This document shows, in pieces, positions 48,046 to 60,326 of a stretch of DNA of 64,000 nucleotides. Made by a program: the position numbers and the translations under genes. The notes under the pieces were generated by a model, which was not told the DNA's origin, made no database searches, and was given only the letters and a program-made list of their open reading frames with translations. Within the stretch, counting starts at the first letter, position 1; the number at the start of each line of letters is the position of its first letter. Source of the stretch: Torpedo marmorata (taxonomy: Eukaryota); assembly GCA_977017645.1 (NCBI GenBank), contig OZ360240.1:37076001-37140000 (forward strand), in the 5' to 3' direction.

Positions 48046-48659
48046 AAAATTTGGACCTACAATTAAGATTTCCCTATATGAAAGACAACTGTATTCTATA
48101 TTAATAATGTGTGACAGTTTAACATCGAGGATGAGGTATGACTTAGCATTAAACACGGAGAAAAATGAAGTGAAATTAATGGTCCCGGACTGCAATGATT
48201 TGTGTCGCGTTAATACTGGATTATGAGAAGCGTTTTAAATCCTAGAAAATTAAATATTGAAATAAATAGTAAATATTAAAAAAAAATCAGGAAGCCTGTT
48301 TCTGTGACGGTTTGGCATGTTGTACCGCAGCTAGAGCGGGTTTGAACAGCGTGCATAATAATGGATTAGTTAAAATACATGCAAAGGTTGATCATATAAC
48401 GCTTGCTCAGGTATATTGTGATATCCAAATCCGAGTTTTGAGGCTATAAATTTCCAGGGATTCCGTTTATTTTTGCGGCGAGTTTTTAAGCAAATACTAA
48501 CCAAAATCTTAAACCCTTCATTAGGATGATTCGTGTAATTTTATTAGTTGACTGGCTCGCGAGGGAGAGAGTAGGTGACACGAGGGAATGGAAATGAAGG
48601 GGCTGTTCTGAGAACCGGTAGATTAGAAAGGCTATCTATTGGGAATATTGGAATTTCCG

Positions 48660-48702
48660 AAACACCGAATTTCATGACTTGTTCATGACAATAAATTCTG
48701 AA
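48660..48702 (+). mobile_element. 43-bp Rex1 3' terminus
   Basis: aacaccgaatttcatgacttgttcatgacaataaattctga matches 9925-9966 and 62494-62530. Confidence 0.75.
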
Positions 48703-49169
48703 ATATTATTACAGCTCAAGTGTGATTATACATTATTTCTAGATAACATCGTAAACCAAACACTGAAGTTTACCGTTTACACTTGTCCCACACTAACATG
48801 TAGAATTTCTCACATTGTTGGATGATAATTGCCACGTCTCCCATTTCCCTAAGGTATTGCAATATAATTTGGAAAACATTGTGTTTTAGATGTTGACATC
48901 CACTTTAAACAACCATTAGTGATTGGACGGTGAAGATCAAACGTTCATACATTGATTCTTTCGGCCTTCGTTTTAAACATGGTGCACTCAGGAGAACGTT
49001 GACTAAATGCTTTTGACAAGCCCTTTATTTTACCAGGCTTTGGTGATTAAACTGTCCCTGGAACAGGCAGAGACATCGCTTGGTGTTAATTAGTGAGAGT
49101 AAGAAACTGTTCAACCCATCGGGCAGTTCCCACCCAGAGCTGGTTTTAAGTTAGTGCCAGGTCATGGCC

Positions 49170-49550
49170 GGGAATTGGATGGGTGTCAGTTGTTCGACTG
49201 AAAGCTGCCTTTCTCTATAAAGATTCTCATTAGGCTGTGGTACGGAGGGGTGAGGATTGCAAATCCATTCAATCTGCGGTTTGGCATTGACACAAAGGCA
49301 GGGCGGGAGCGTTTCCCCTTTTTTGTTTCCTCTTTTGACTTTGACACTTATTATGAAAGGAGCTGTGTCTCTAATCTGGGATCAAATCTTAAATTTTATA
49401 TTATCGTGTAAATGGCATATCAATAAACCCTACCCTTGCCATTATAATGCCCTGCTTAGATATCTCACACATCCGCTGCACACAAAATGCTTTGCAGTTT
49501 CCTTCTTAACTGGAAAGCAAAATAAAATGAGTGCTTATATCAATCATTTC
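49170..49550. promoter_or_regulatory. Candidate conserved non-coding element
   Basis: Unique sequence with ACAAAG (Sox-like), TAATCT, ATCAAA, TTGACA x2 and CAATAAA motifs. Not tested for conservation. Confidence 0.35.
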
Positions 49551-49564
49551 TAGTATCTGTGAGT

Positions 49565-49815
49565 ATCTTCAAGTAAGAGATACAGGAATATAAAAACCAG
49601 GACTGCCAGGCTGGGAAACAGCTTCTTCCCTCAGGCGGTGAGACTGCTGAACAATCCTAGAAACCCGTAAATTATTTTTACATATATTTATTTTGGATCG
49701 CTACATATCTATGTCGTTTGTGTGTGTGTGTGCACTATGGTCCGGAGATGCGTTGTTTCGTCGGGTTGTATATATATATATATGTACAATCAGCTGACAA
49801 TAAACTTGAACTTGA
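49565..49815 (+). mobile_element. Rex1-clade 3' fragment
   Basis: Encodes KRYRNIKTRTARLGNSFFPQAVRLLN. Tail AATAA(ACTTGA)2. Confidence 0.82.
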
Positions 49816-50719
49816 TTTGTATTTGTGGTGTTTGGCGTTGAGTGCCGTCCTACTGTTTGGATTATGTCTCATTGCCCCGTTGCAGAGAGGTGCAGGTATG
49901 CATTTAAAGAAAAACCCAGGTTCTAGTGTCAACCATCTCTCCCTAATCTTTGAATGCAAAATTTGAAAATGATGATTTAATTAAGAGGTTTACATCATTG
50001 CTAATTGTGCAATCTCGGGTTAATCGGAGCCTTCAGAAACACTGTGCAGATTGAATAACTTTCGATCGGGCGGAGATCAGAAGGAAATGTCTTCCCGGAG
50101 TAAAATTTGCTTAAACATTTAATTCCGCTGCAATACATCCTCCACAAAATTAATTTTACTGTTACTTTCGCAAATCTTAGTAAAAACAAGATCATCTGAA
50201 AACAAGCAGCAAGAGCCTGTGCATCAGCTTTGCACTGTACAACAACACATCCTGATGTTGCAGGCACCAGGGAAGATGAACTAATTGCATGGCAGAATGA
50301 AGGAATTTTAATGTTGTCTCGTGATTCACAATGGGTGGAATACATTGGACGTGCAATGATATCCGAGGGCAATAACTCGTAAGAAACTTTTGCGTTAGCA
50401 TATCCTGTCAGGTTTATTACGAATGTTGTTGCGGGATTTTGAGACTTACATGCCATGAGCTGTAGTTCGGTCACCCTGTGTGTTGGAGTTCAATCGTAAA
50501 CGTAAACCGACTGATCGGTTCCACACCAGGCTTCGCTGCTTGATTATTCAAAATAAATAACATTGCACTCTTTTCTCGTTCCAAAGGGCTCCGTTTCCAA
50601 CCAAAGAATTTAAAAAATGGAACCACACTCGGAATACGAAAAAAAAAAAAATCATCCAGGCATTTGGATATTCCGAGAAACACCTGTGGTGAAGTTTATA
50701 TATTTTTGTAGGGACTTAC

Positions 50720-50900
50720 CCGTTTTGCTCTGTGCAAGTCCAGAGTCAAGTGTTGGCTTGGATTTAAGATAACGGCGGCATCTTTTGCTCTGCTACCCCG
50801 ACTGCTGGCTGCCGCTTGCGGTGGTCCGGAGAAGTCCAATACATGCAGTGTGAACCTTCCGTAGACTTCCGAGCTCTTGGGCTAAGAAAACTGCCTGAGC
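50720..50900 (-). other. Candidate distal non-coding first exon
   Basis: Strong donor CGG|GTAAGT (GT at 50719-50718) after a CpG-rich stretch. Same strand as ntn1. The 5' limit is a guess. Confidence 0.35.
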
Positions 50901-50983
50901 AGCACCAATGAAATAAAGATCTTGAAATGGCTGTTGGTTGAACATTCTGTTTGTTTGACTTAAATCAGGGTTTAATTGTTTGA

Positions 50984-51390
50984 AGTTCAAAGTTCAGATT
51001 TATTGTCAGAATACATACATGACATCACATACAACCCTGAGGTTCTTTATCCTGCCGGCTAGACAGAATTACCACTTATTGGTAGTGCAAAAAAAAAACT
51101 ACTCAAGTACACATGTAAACAAATAAAGAAATGTAAACAAACTGACTGTGCAATACAGAGAGAAAAACATCAATAAAGTGCCAAAGTAAGTGTCCTTAAA
51201 TGAGTCCCTGACTGAGTTTGTCCTTGAGGAGTCTGATGGTGGAGGGGTAGCAGCTGTTCCTGAACCTGGTGGTGCAAGTCTTGTGGCACCTCTTTCCTGG
51301 CAGCAGCAAGAACAGAGTGTGTGCTGGGTGATATGGATCCTTGATGATTGCTGCTGCTCTCCAACGGCAGCGTTCCCTGTAGACGTTCTA
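50984..51390 (-). mobile_element. Rex1-clade 3' fragment
   Basis: Minus strand encodes AAAIIKDPYHPAHTLF...TTRFRNSCYPSTIRLL. Tail AATAAATCTGAACTTTGAAC. Confidence 0.85.
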
Positions 51391-52887
51391 GCGATTTAGC
51401 GTCTAGTGTTTTAGCGATTTAATTTTCAACATATATTTTGAAGCATTTAAACTTGTATAATAGCCGGTGGGTGTTTTTGGTATTTGGAACACCATTAACA
51501 TTCACAATCTTCCCATTTTAGTGTCAGTTGTTTTTCACTGGGGATTTGGGGTGGGGGAGCTTTACCCTGTGTCAAAGCCATTCTGAGAGTGGTTGGGCTG
51601 GGGGAAGACCTGGACTACACCAGGATGTCCCAGGCACGCTAATGTTGGCTTCATGGCTACAAGCAAAGCTATGGTGATCTCCAGACAGTGGAATATCTAC
51701 CATACTGGAACAGATAATTGCTTATGTTTTTATCAGTTGGAGAAAAGTTAGCTGGAAAAGGGCCAAGAGTTTTTATTTATGCCTTCTTGAATGGTTAAAT
51801 GGTTTATTGCCATGTATGAAATATAGTAACTGCCAATGCAGCACTCTCTAAGTACAATGATGAAATGTCAGCCCAAGTTAAGTGCATATGTCTTTAAAAT
51901 GAACTTTAGCTTGAATGCACTTTCTTTTTCACTCAGAGTTGTGAATACTTACTCATTACACCTTCTTCTGAATGTCACTTAGAAATGACTGATTAACTCT
52001 CCGATGCATGCATCCAACAATAATTGTTTGTTTACAATATACAGATCTAAATAAGAAATGTTTAATAACTGAGTTTGAAGCCAATAATGAACAGAACTTT
52101 AAGTTTTATATTTGATAAACTCAATACTCTCTTTAATGGAAGCAATTGTAAGAGTAAAATAAATTGATTGTTCTTTTTAAGTCTTTGTGGTGAGAAAATG
52201 AATCTAATTTAGTTACTGTCCTCAATTTTGCTGGTGCATTAACTGACATTTATTTATTGTTACTGCATGCAACAATGAAGAATTCTGTAACTTCTACCAT
52301 TTCACATAGAAAGGTCACCTCCTTTGAGTGAATTCTGTGGGACAGATAATTTTTTATTTAGCATGGCAAAGTATAACTGATTGGCTTTAGGTTCTGCACC
52401 AAAATTGAAAGTTAACTTTGGTTGTATGATTGCAACTCTTTTTTCATAAGACTATGCATTTTGATTGCTGAAATATTTTGAGAGAAATCTCATAACTTAC
52501 ACATATGTTTGTTTAGTTTGTCAAAAGCAGACATCTACTACAAAATTCAGTAATTATATTGGTTAGTAACTCATATACCTTGCCCTGTATGATCATTTAA
52601 AATATATATGTCTGTGAAAGCACAGGGAAATTTTGAGGCATGTTTTGCAAAATAGAATCACACAAGCATATAATCGACAGGTATAAAATCATAACAAAAA
52701 CAGCAGGTTCCAATTATACCACAAACTTTCTACAGAAAGGAATTAAGTGGAAACAAATCTTACAGTAGCTGGAGCCACATCTAAAGATGGTCATGGAAAA
52801 TAGTCACGGTTGTCAGAGCCTAATCATCAAGCCTAGGACATTACTGCAGGTGTGCACAGAGAAGTGTCCTTGGTCTAATCCCTTTAG

Positions 52888-53463
52888 CTGTTTCATTAAA
52901 GGGCCAGATTGTTATGGACCCCACTGTTTCATTAAAGGGCCAGATTGTTATGGACCCCACTGTTTCATTAAAGGACCAGATTGTTGTGGACCCCACTGTT
53001 TCATTAAAGGGCCAGATTGTTGTGGACCCCACTGTTTCATTAAAGGGCCAGATTGTTGTGGACCCCACTGTTTCATTAAAGGGCCAGATTGTTGTGGACC
53101 CCACTGTTTCATTAAAGGGCCAGATTGTTGTGGACCCCACTGTTTCATTAAAGGGCCAGATTGTTGTGGACCCCACTGTTTCATTAAAGGGCCAGATTGT
53201 TGTGGACCCCACAGTTTCATTAAAGGGCCAGATTGTTATGGACCCCACTGTTTCATTAAAGGGCCAGATTGTTATGGACCCCACTGTTTCATTAAAGGGC
53301 CAGATTGTTGTGGACCCCACTGTTTCATTAAAGGGCCAGATTGTTGTGGACCCCACTGTTTCATTAAAGGGCCAGATTGTTGTGGACCCCACTGTTTCAT
53401 TAAAGGGCCAGATTGTTGTGGACCCCACTGTTTCATTAAAGGGCCAGATTGTTGTGGACCCCA
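52888..53463. repeat. Minisatellite, 16 x 36 bp (CTGTTTCATTAAAGGGCCAGATTGTTRTGGACCCCA)
   Basis: Head-to-tail, near-identical units with no spacers. Confidence 0.97.
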
Positions 53464-53627
53464 CTGCTTGGACTTGTTGCCCAGCCTCATTTAATTTTGA
53501 AGATCTGGAGGACTCAATGAGCTGACAATTGCATTATCATGCTATGTTAGTCCATTTAAAAATATAGTGTGACCTTGCCCATTATCTTGGGTGTGTTAAT
53601 AAAGAAACTGGTCATTTATTCTTCATT

Positions 53628-53952
53628 GGAGTAGTAAAATATGAAAGTCTGCAGACACCGTGATTGAAGTGAAAACACAATGCTGGAGAAACTCAGCAGG
53701 TCAAACAGTGTACTTAATATAGCAAAGATAAAGATACATAACCAACGTTTCAGGCTTGAGCCCTTCATCAAGGTATGAGCAAAATGTAGGCAGGCACCTG
53801 AATAAATTCCTCAAACTGGTTCGGGCGCTTGCCTACATTTTGCTCATACCTTGATGAAGGGCTCAAGCCCAAAAAATTGGTCATGTATCTTTATCTTTGC
53901 TATATAAAGTACAGTGTTTGACCTGCTGAGTTTCTCCAGCATTGTGTTTTTA
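53628..53952. mobile_element. Penelope-derived fold-back element with two oppositely oriented hammerhead motifs and a 15-bp TSD
   Basis: TSD CATTTATTCTTCATT (53613-53627, 53953-53967). Inverted arms of about 130 bp (about 53672-53802 / 53820-53950). Motif intact at 53737-53777 (-); GAAACG changed to AAAAAA at 53845-53885 (+). Confidence 0.9.
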
Positions 53953-54062
53953 CATTTATTCTTCATTATGCAGCGATGAATTTATCTTATCAATAATACA
54001 TATCAAGTGGATGGCAGGGATGGAACCTATTCATTGTACCAGTAGCACCCAGAATCTATTTT

Positions 54063-54240
54063 TAATAATAAAAATAGAAATGCTGGAAACACCCAGCAGG
54101 TCAACACAGCATCTGTGGGAAGAGAAACAGAGTTAACATTTCCAGTTGAAGACCTTTCGTCAGAAGTGATGAAGGGTCTCAGACTTGAATGTTTTCAACA
54201 TTTTCTGTTTTTATTCCAGATTTACAGTATCAACAGTTTT
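54063..54240. mobile_element. Older Penelope-derived fold-back element with back-to-back hammerhead-like cores
   Basis: Minus strand 54132-54165 reads CUGACGA-aaggucuucaacug-GAAA-ug-UU. Plus strand 54166-54193 reads gUGAUGA-agggucucagacuu-GAA-uguu. Confidence 0.6.
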
Positions 54241-55449
54241 TAATCTATTTATAATTGCTGATTTAAAATCCAATACATTAGATTCTTTCCAGGGTGTGTT
54301 TATAACTGAATCAATCGGTTAGTTCACCCTGTGGTGGAGAAGGAGGCAATAAATACTAATGCTTTTTGTAATTAATTGGAGACTGTACAAACAAACCAAT
54401 ATAGAAAATAGATATTTAAGTAGCAGGAAAGTTCAGAATATTCAGTACAGTAATGCTGTATTCACAAACTTTCAAGGTGTTGCCAGCTAATGCCAAACCT
54501 CGTGCCATTTGTTACACAACTCTGTAGTTGTGATGGGACAAAGATAGGATTTGTAATCACTGACAATGTAAGAAAAGAGGTACACAATGGTAAAAAAGAA
54601 CTGCAGGATATTTATGACACATGGTCACCTACTACATATGAAACCAATATGTCCACTGCACAAGGTAAGAGGCGAACAAAACAATTTTGCATACCTCTGG
54701 GACACATTGCTGCAAAATATCAATTTTTTTTGTCATCATGAGCTGAAACTGAAGTTCATTGAAGGATGCATTTCAAACAATTTTGATGAAAAGCCCTTGA
54801 CAAGAATTTCAAACTGACTGCCTTGCTTGAGAGATCATTGACACTTTCAGAGAACTGAATAGTTGAAAGAGCAACACTTTAGGGAATCGAATCAGAGAAG
54901 AAAATAAACACCCATGCAGAACTTTTCATTCATAACTGTCAACAAAGAATGATTATCTTGCTACTGTTGTGGGGTCGAGGGAAAACAGTGAAAATCACGT
55001 GGAAAATACAACTGTTTCAAGAGATGTTGTTCTGCAAACCCATGATTCAGAACACATCAAACTTTATAGAGTGCTGATGTCAATGCTGAAGTCATCAGCA
55101 CTCAGATGGACCTGAGTACGCTTCTGTTATTCACTATATTTATCAGTTGGCTCAGACACAGTTAGAACTGAACATTTGCAAAAAATATACTGGTTGATAA
55201 AAACTTATCAGTCAATGTGCTGACTGATCTTAAGTGTCCATTTACTCTAATTCAGTGAGGAAGTCTTAGGATATTTCTTTACAATAGTACTAAACCATTG
55301 TCAGTTTGGGGAACATTTTCATCATCTAGGACAAATAAATCTCAGGGTGTTAATCCTATGTAACCTCTGGTGAATACGATAATGCTTTGAGTTTTGATGA
55401 AGTGTCAGGTTTCCACATTATAATGATCATATACGGAGATTAATTATAA

Positions 55450-56670
55450 TTCATAGCAGGAGACCTTGGACCTGTGGAATATTTCTCCTGCGCAATATGG
55501 ACAACCGTGTGACAACCGTGTGCATACAGTGTTCCAGCTGCCGCTAATGTTCAATTATATTGCAGAGCTGTGGATAGATTCATGGCGGAGGCATCTACAA
55601 GGCTGAGATAGATGTGGACTACACATTTAGTGCAGTTGTCAGGCAAAGAATGTACAGGCAGGAAAGGAATGGGTGACCACCAGGCAGAGTTGAGGAAGGC
55701 AGGTATTGTGGCCATCCCTCTCTTTGATAGACGTACAGGTGTGAATATTGATGGGGGTCAGGATCTTTCAGGAGAAGGCAGCAAGAGCCAAGTTCATAGC
55801 CCTACGGGTGGCGCTTCTGTGCAAGAGGGGAGGATGGGGCTAAAATGAAAGGGAAACAGAGAGGAGTTTCTTCAGTCACATGTTTTACTCCCAGATGGTT
55901 TGTCACCAACCTCATGCAAGGGTCAAGGACATAGACATAGAGCATCATGAAGTGGCAGAGTGAACAGGCAGTGATTGCAATACACAGCAGTGTCAACGAC
56001 AGAGATTATAAAAACATGTAGGTCTTGCAAGATGAATTTAGGAAATAAATTGGGAAGCAAGAATCTCCAAGGTAATATTTTCGGGCTTACTCCACCGCAC
56101 ATGCTAGGGAGTATGGGAAGAGTATTGGAGACCTGGATGAATATGTTGCTCATGATTTGGTGCAGGGAGAAGGATTTAGATTCCTGGGATACTGGAACTG
56201 CTTCTGTGGAAGGTAGGACCTGTGGAAGTGGGACAGTTTCCACTCAGGTAGGACCGAGGCTGATCTCCTATCACTGGTGTTTGTCACTGCTGTAGGCAGC
56301 GCTTTAACTAGAATGGCAGGGGGATGGGAACCTCAGCATGGTGACAAGGGGAAAGAAACAGCAACTCAAATGAAAGAGAGAACTTCAGAGTACAACAGTA
56401 GAAGGCAGGGAAATCAGGGCTGAGAGGTAAATGGGGCTACAGTTTAAAAGAAAATTAAAAAATGATTATGAAGGCAAATCTAAAGGCCATGTATTTTAAT
56501 GTACAATGCATTTGTAAAGTAGCTGAACTAATGGCACAAATAGAGATGAATGAGTATTATCTGACAAGTTATCATGCAAGAGGATCAAAGCCGTGCACTT
56601 AATATTCAGGAATATTTGATTTTTAGGAAGGACAAGTGGGAAAGAAAAGGTAGTAGGGCAATGCTGTTAA
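55450..56670 (+). mobile_element. Degraded CR1 5' portion (ORF1 zinc finger/SGNH-esterase remnants and start of ORF2 endonuclease)
   Basis: MNMLLMIWCREK.. / tggtgcagggagaaggatttagattcctggg resembles ORF1 N.WL..WC..EGF.FL.HW. atgtattttaatgtacaatgcatttgtaaagtagctgaacta resembles the YFNA.SI..K..EL endonuclease start. Confidence 0.6.
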
Positions 56671-59600
56671 TAACCATTTGTTCTATGTTGTACAGCAGTG
56701 AGTTTCCCAAATTAATCACACATATCAAGGGCTCAGCAGTTGTCCTTTACATTGACTCTCTAAACCTCACAGGTGTCTGAGAAGATGGAGTGGGCTTCAA
56801 ACAGTCCCCAGGCAGCTGAAAAAGGCTTTTAGGTTGCTTTCAAATCTCTCTGAGAGCGAGAGAAACAAAAACGATTGAAGGGAATTTAAATAATTAAAAA
56901 AACATTGACGACTAGGTCTTGCTCATTGCAAGCCAGTGGTAGCAGAGGGAACAACTTGCTTGCTGCAGTGTGCATGTTAGGGTATTCAGACCATCACCCA
57001 CCACTAAGTCCAGGAGGGTTCCATAACGTACACCAGGTACCTTGCCTCTCAGCTTTATGCCAACCTGTCACACAGCTGCACTCAATGCAATGTTCGCCAA
57101 GGTGGAAAAATATCATTAGGGGAATACAACTTAGGAGAATGATCTTGGCTTCATGAGGAAAATTTATGCTCCCCCTCCCCCATATCCTGAACTTCTCAAC
57201 CCTGATTATGAAGCCCCCCTGAAATTCTAATGTATGAACTGGCTCCCATGCCAGGACTGTTCCTTCAGACCATGGCAGCAACTTTCTGCTGCCTGATGCT
57301 GCATTCCTGCCTGCCAGCCAGCTGGAGCTTCTCATGAGTTTGATCACACAATGGATTGGAGGCATGCAGAGTAAAAATCTCCACTGTAATACAGTGCCAA
57401 ATCAGAGCAGATTGCCTCCTGCCTCATCATCCGCCCACCCAATTCCCATTTGGAATGAAAATGGGGCTCTTACTTTTAGGAGCTAAAGGGTTTGAGTACC
57501 ACCCGTTTGGAGGGAGGGTAGGTGGAGTTTTAGGTTTGGGCACTCAGAAAGCGGAAAATGTGAGACCATTTTTTTCCTGTAGCTGTTTGCTGATTCCACT
57601 CTGTGCAAGCATTTAGGATTGACACTGAATAGTGAGGTACAGCTGCAACAGCTGCAATATTCTTGGCATAACCACAGATGTTAGGCTTAAGTACTTTCAG
57701 TTCCTGTGACTGTCTTGCCATGATCTTATAAAGACTGACATTCCAATTCTGAGATAAATTAAGCCAGACGAATCAATATTATGTTAAAACTGCAATATAA
57801 TATAATTCATTTTGTAATGAAAACTAACAGCATTGTGATCAGCAATGGAATCCGCACTGGTTTTTACAATCAGAATTAATCACTAAAAATTAGATTGGAA
57901 TCCACTTCTAAATTGGACTGTAACTTAGAAAGGACAAAATATTAAATTAAAATCAGAATGATGATTTACAATAATCTCTCCATGGAGTTGCATTTCATTT
58001 GCTTGCTTTTCTACTCTGTCTTCATACAGATGCACCCAAGCATGAAGATCATGGATTCTATTTTACCTCTTCACCTTTCATTTGACACCTGCAGTGTTTG
58101 GTTAATGCCACTTCGTTCCCTCATTTCAAAGTGAACCTCAAGACAAAACGTGTATATAAAGGAGGATGCCTCCGGGACTGGTTAAATATACAATGTGTGC
58201 TAATTGTTGCAACTTATCCCAATATACTGCAGATTTTGTTTGTCCCATGATTTAAAAAAAAAGCCTTGAAAATAACGTACACTGTTGTGTAGGAGTGATC
58301 CTATATATTGTTTGCAATCTTAGCTTAAGTTTGAATGCAATGCTAATGGAGTTATTAATATTGTGCAGAAATGCACAATTTTTCAATACCTTGCTTGTCT
58401 TTTGAGTTAGTGTGTTAATATAAATAATAATGTTCAAACAGCCCTTTCCTTTCGCTAAGGAATTGTTTGTGCTTTGTATGGGCATTAATGTTTTGAAGTC
58501 ATATCACACAGTCCTTTTCAGAATTGTGCTTGTTGTACAATGAAATATTCAACAGGTACAATTGTAATTGAGATTCAGTGTACAAGCTATAGTTTACAAG
58601 AAACAATCTACATTTCACTAAATCTTAAAAACCCCTCTGATTCTGCTTCATCTTTCCTGCCCTTTAGTTTATTTTAAACTTCATATCATTCCTGCTGTTG
58701 TCGAAGCAGATTTATATTATTGGTAGAACTCAAAGGATGGAAGGAATTCACAGTGGGTCACTCATTAATCTTTGTTTTCTGTCATTGATTCATAAACCAT
58801 GTAATCCCAAGAAATACTAATTCTTTAGTGTGTAGCAGCCCCACATGCTTTATTGTTCTGCTAAAATCCCTCATGTTGTTCAGTGTTTCACAGCAATGTG
58901 TTTGAAAAGATGGATCAAGGCAACTGGGAGACTTGGAGGTCAAGAATTTGCTGACTATTTCTGAAAGGGAAAAAAAGGAAGCACTTTTGTACCATATATG
59001 GAGTCTCCTAAGTCTTGTGGTAAAAACTTAGTGATATAAATTCTATCTAAATAGTTTTGAAACCAAAACTTCACAAGTTATTGGTTAACTCTCTTCAAAG
59101 CATGAAATGCAAAACATCTTAAACATTTATGTGCTACAAATATCGAAGAACACTTACATTTTTCATACTGTTTCATTGCATCTGTTTGAGAGAACTTCAA
59201 TTTGAAAGACTTCTGCCAAGAAATTGGACTGCACCTATATTTGATGTGCTAAAATATGATTGCAATTTGTGTTAAAATCCAATCAGGTCCTGTGCAAAAA
59301 TAAATGTGGTACTGATGAAATAGGTTTTTGATATTTTTTAGGGTGGTTTGCACACAGAAACAAGCAATAAAATGGGACCTGTATGGCTTTCATAGAGTCA
59401 TGGATTCACAGCTACAGCATGGAAAAAGGCTCCTTGGATCACTGAGTCCATGCTGAGCATCAAACATCCATTAGTCCGACCCGACCCATTTTATCCTTTC
59501 GTCCCATTCCCATCAGCTATCTCCATCCACCCCAACCTGCTCCCCTGCCCTCTCCAAAGACCTGCGGCTAAACAGCATCTTCCAGATGTCCATGTTAGAA

Positions 59601-60326
59601 AACACGGTCGGTCATGCAGGGTGTATAAACTGGGGATTACTGACTGCCGTTACCCCAAACCTAAAACAATGAAAAGCGTGTATAATGCCAGTTCTGCCAG
59701 TGAGACTCTCTGCTGACAGTACTGGAATTAAAGCTTTTACTAATGATAAAGCTTTAAAATGTTACAAAGGATTTACTTGTTGGACATTGGTGACCAAGCA
59801 GAAATTAAGAGTTTTGGTAATAAAATTGTGCAGCTTAGGATTCAGGACTCAGGCCAGGGAACCCAAATGGGATGTGCTGTTTTCCAGGTACGGAGAAAGG
59901 TGGAAGTGGAGGGGTGGTATTAGTTGAAATGGACGAGTGACCAAGGGTCATGCCTAGAGGTGTGGCCAATGCCATGATTGAGGGTGGGGCTGTGATGAGG
60001 GAGGGGAGGTGGAAGGGAGAATGATTGGCCCTTGCTTTGGACTTGCAGGGGAAAGAAAGATCAGCATAGTTAGAGGTAGGGTTGGAGAAGGTATGGGATT
60101 TTGATTTGATTTGTAGGGGAGGAAGTGGTGACACCAAGTGCTGTTGTCAGAGTGGATTGTTGTGGGGTGCCATTTCTTCCAAATTTGGGAGATCAGGAAG
60201 ATTAGATGACTGCCCTGTGAAACATTAAGCTTCCAGTCTTCTGTTATGTTAATTTGCTTTCTGATTTCCACTTGACCTCCCACAATGTTCCAATGAAGTT
60301 CACAAAAACTGAAGGAAAAGCACCTC

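Noticed and set aside
52888-53463. 36-bp repeats as a CRISPR array
   Set aside because: Units are contiguous with no unique spacers, there are no cas genes, and the context is vertebrate. It is a minisatellite.
59780-60326. Old Penelope remnant (gaaaagcacctcatt resembling EQHLIF)
   Set aside because: Too degraded to delimit or support without alignment.
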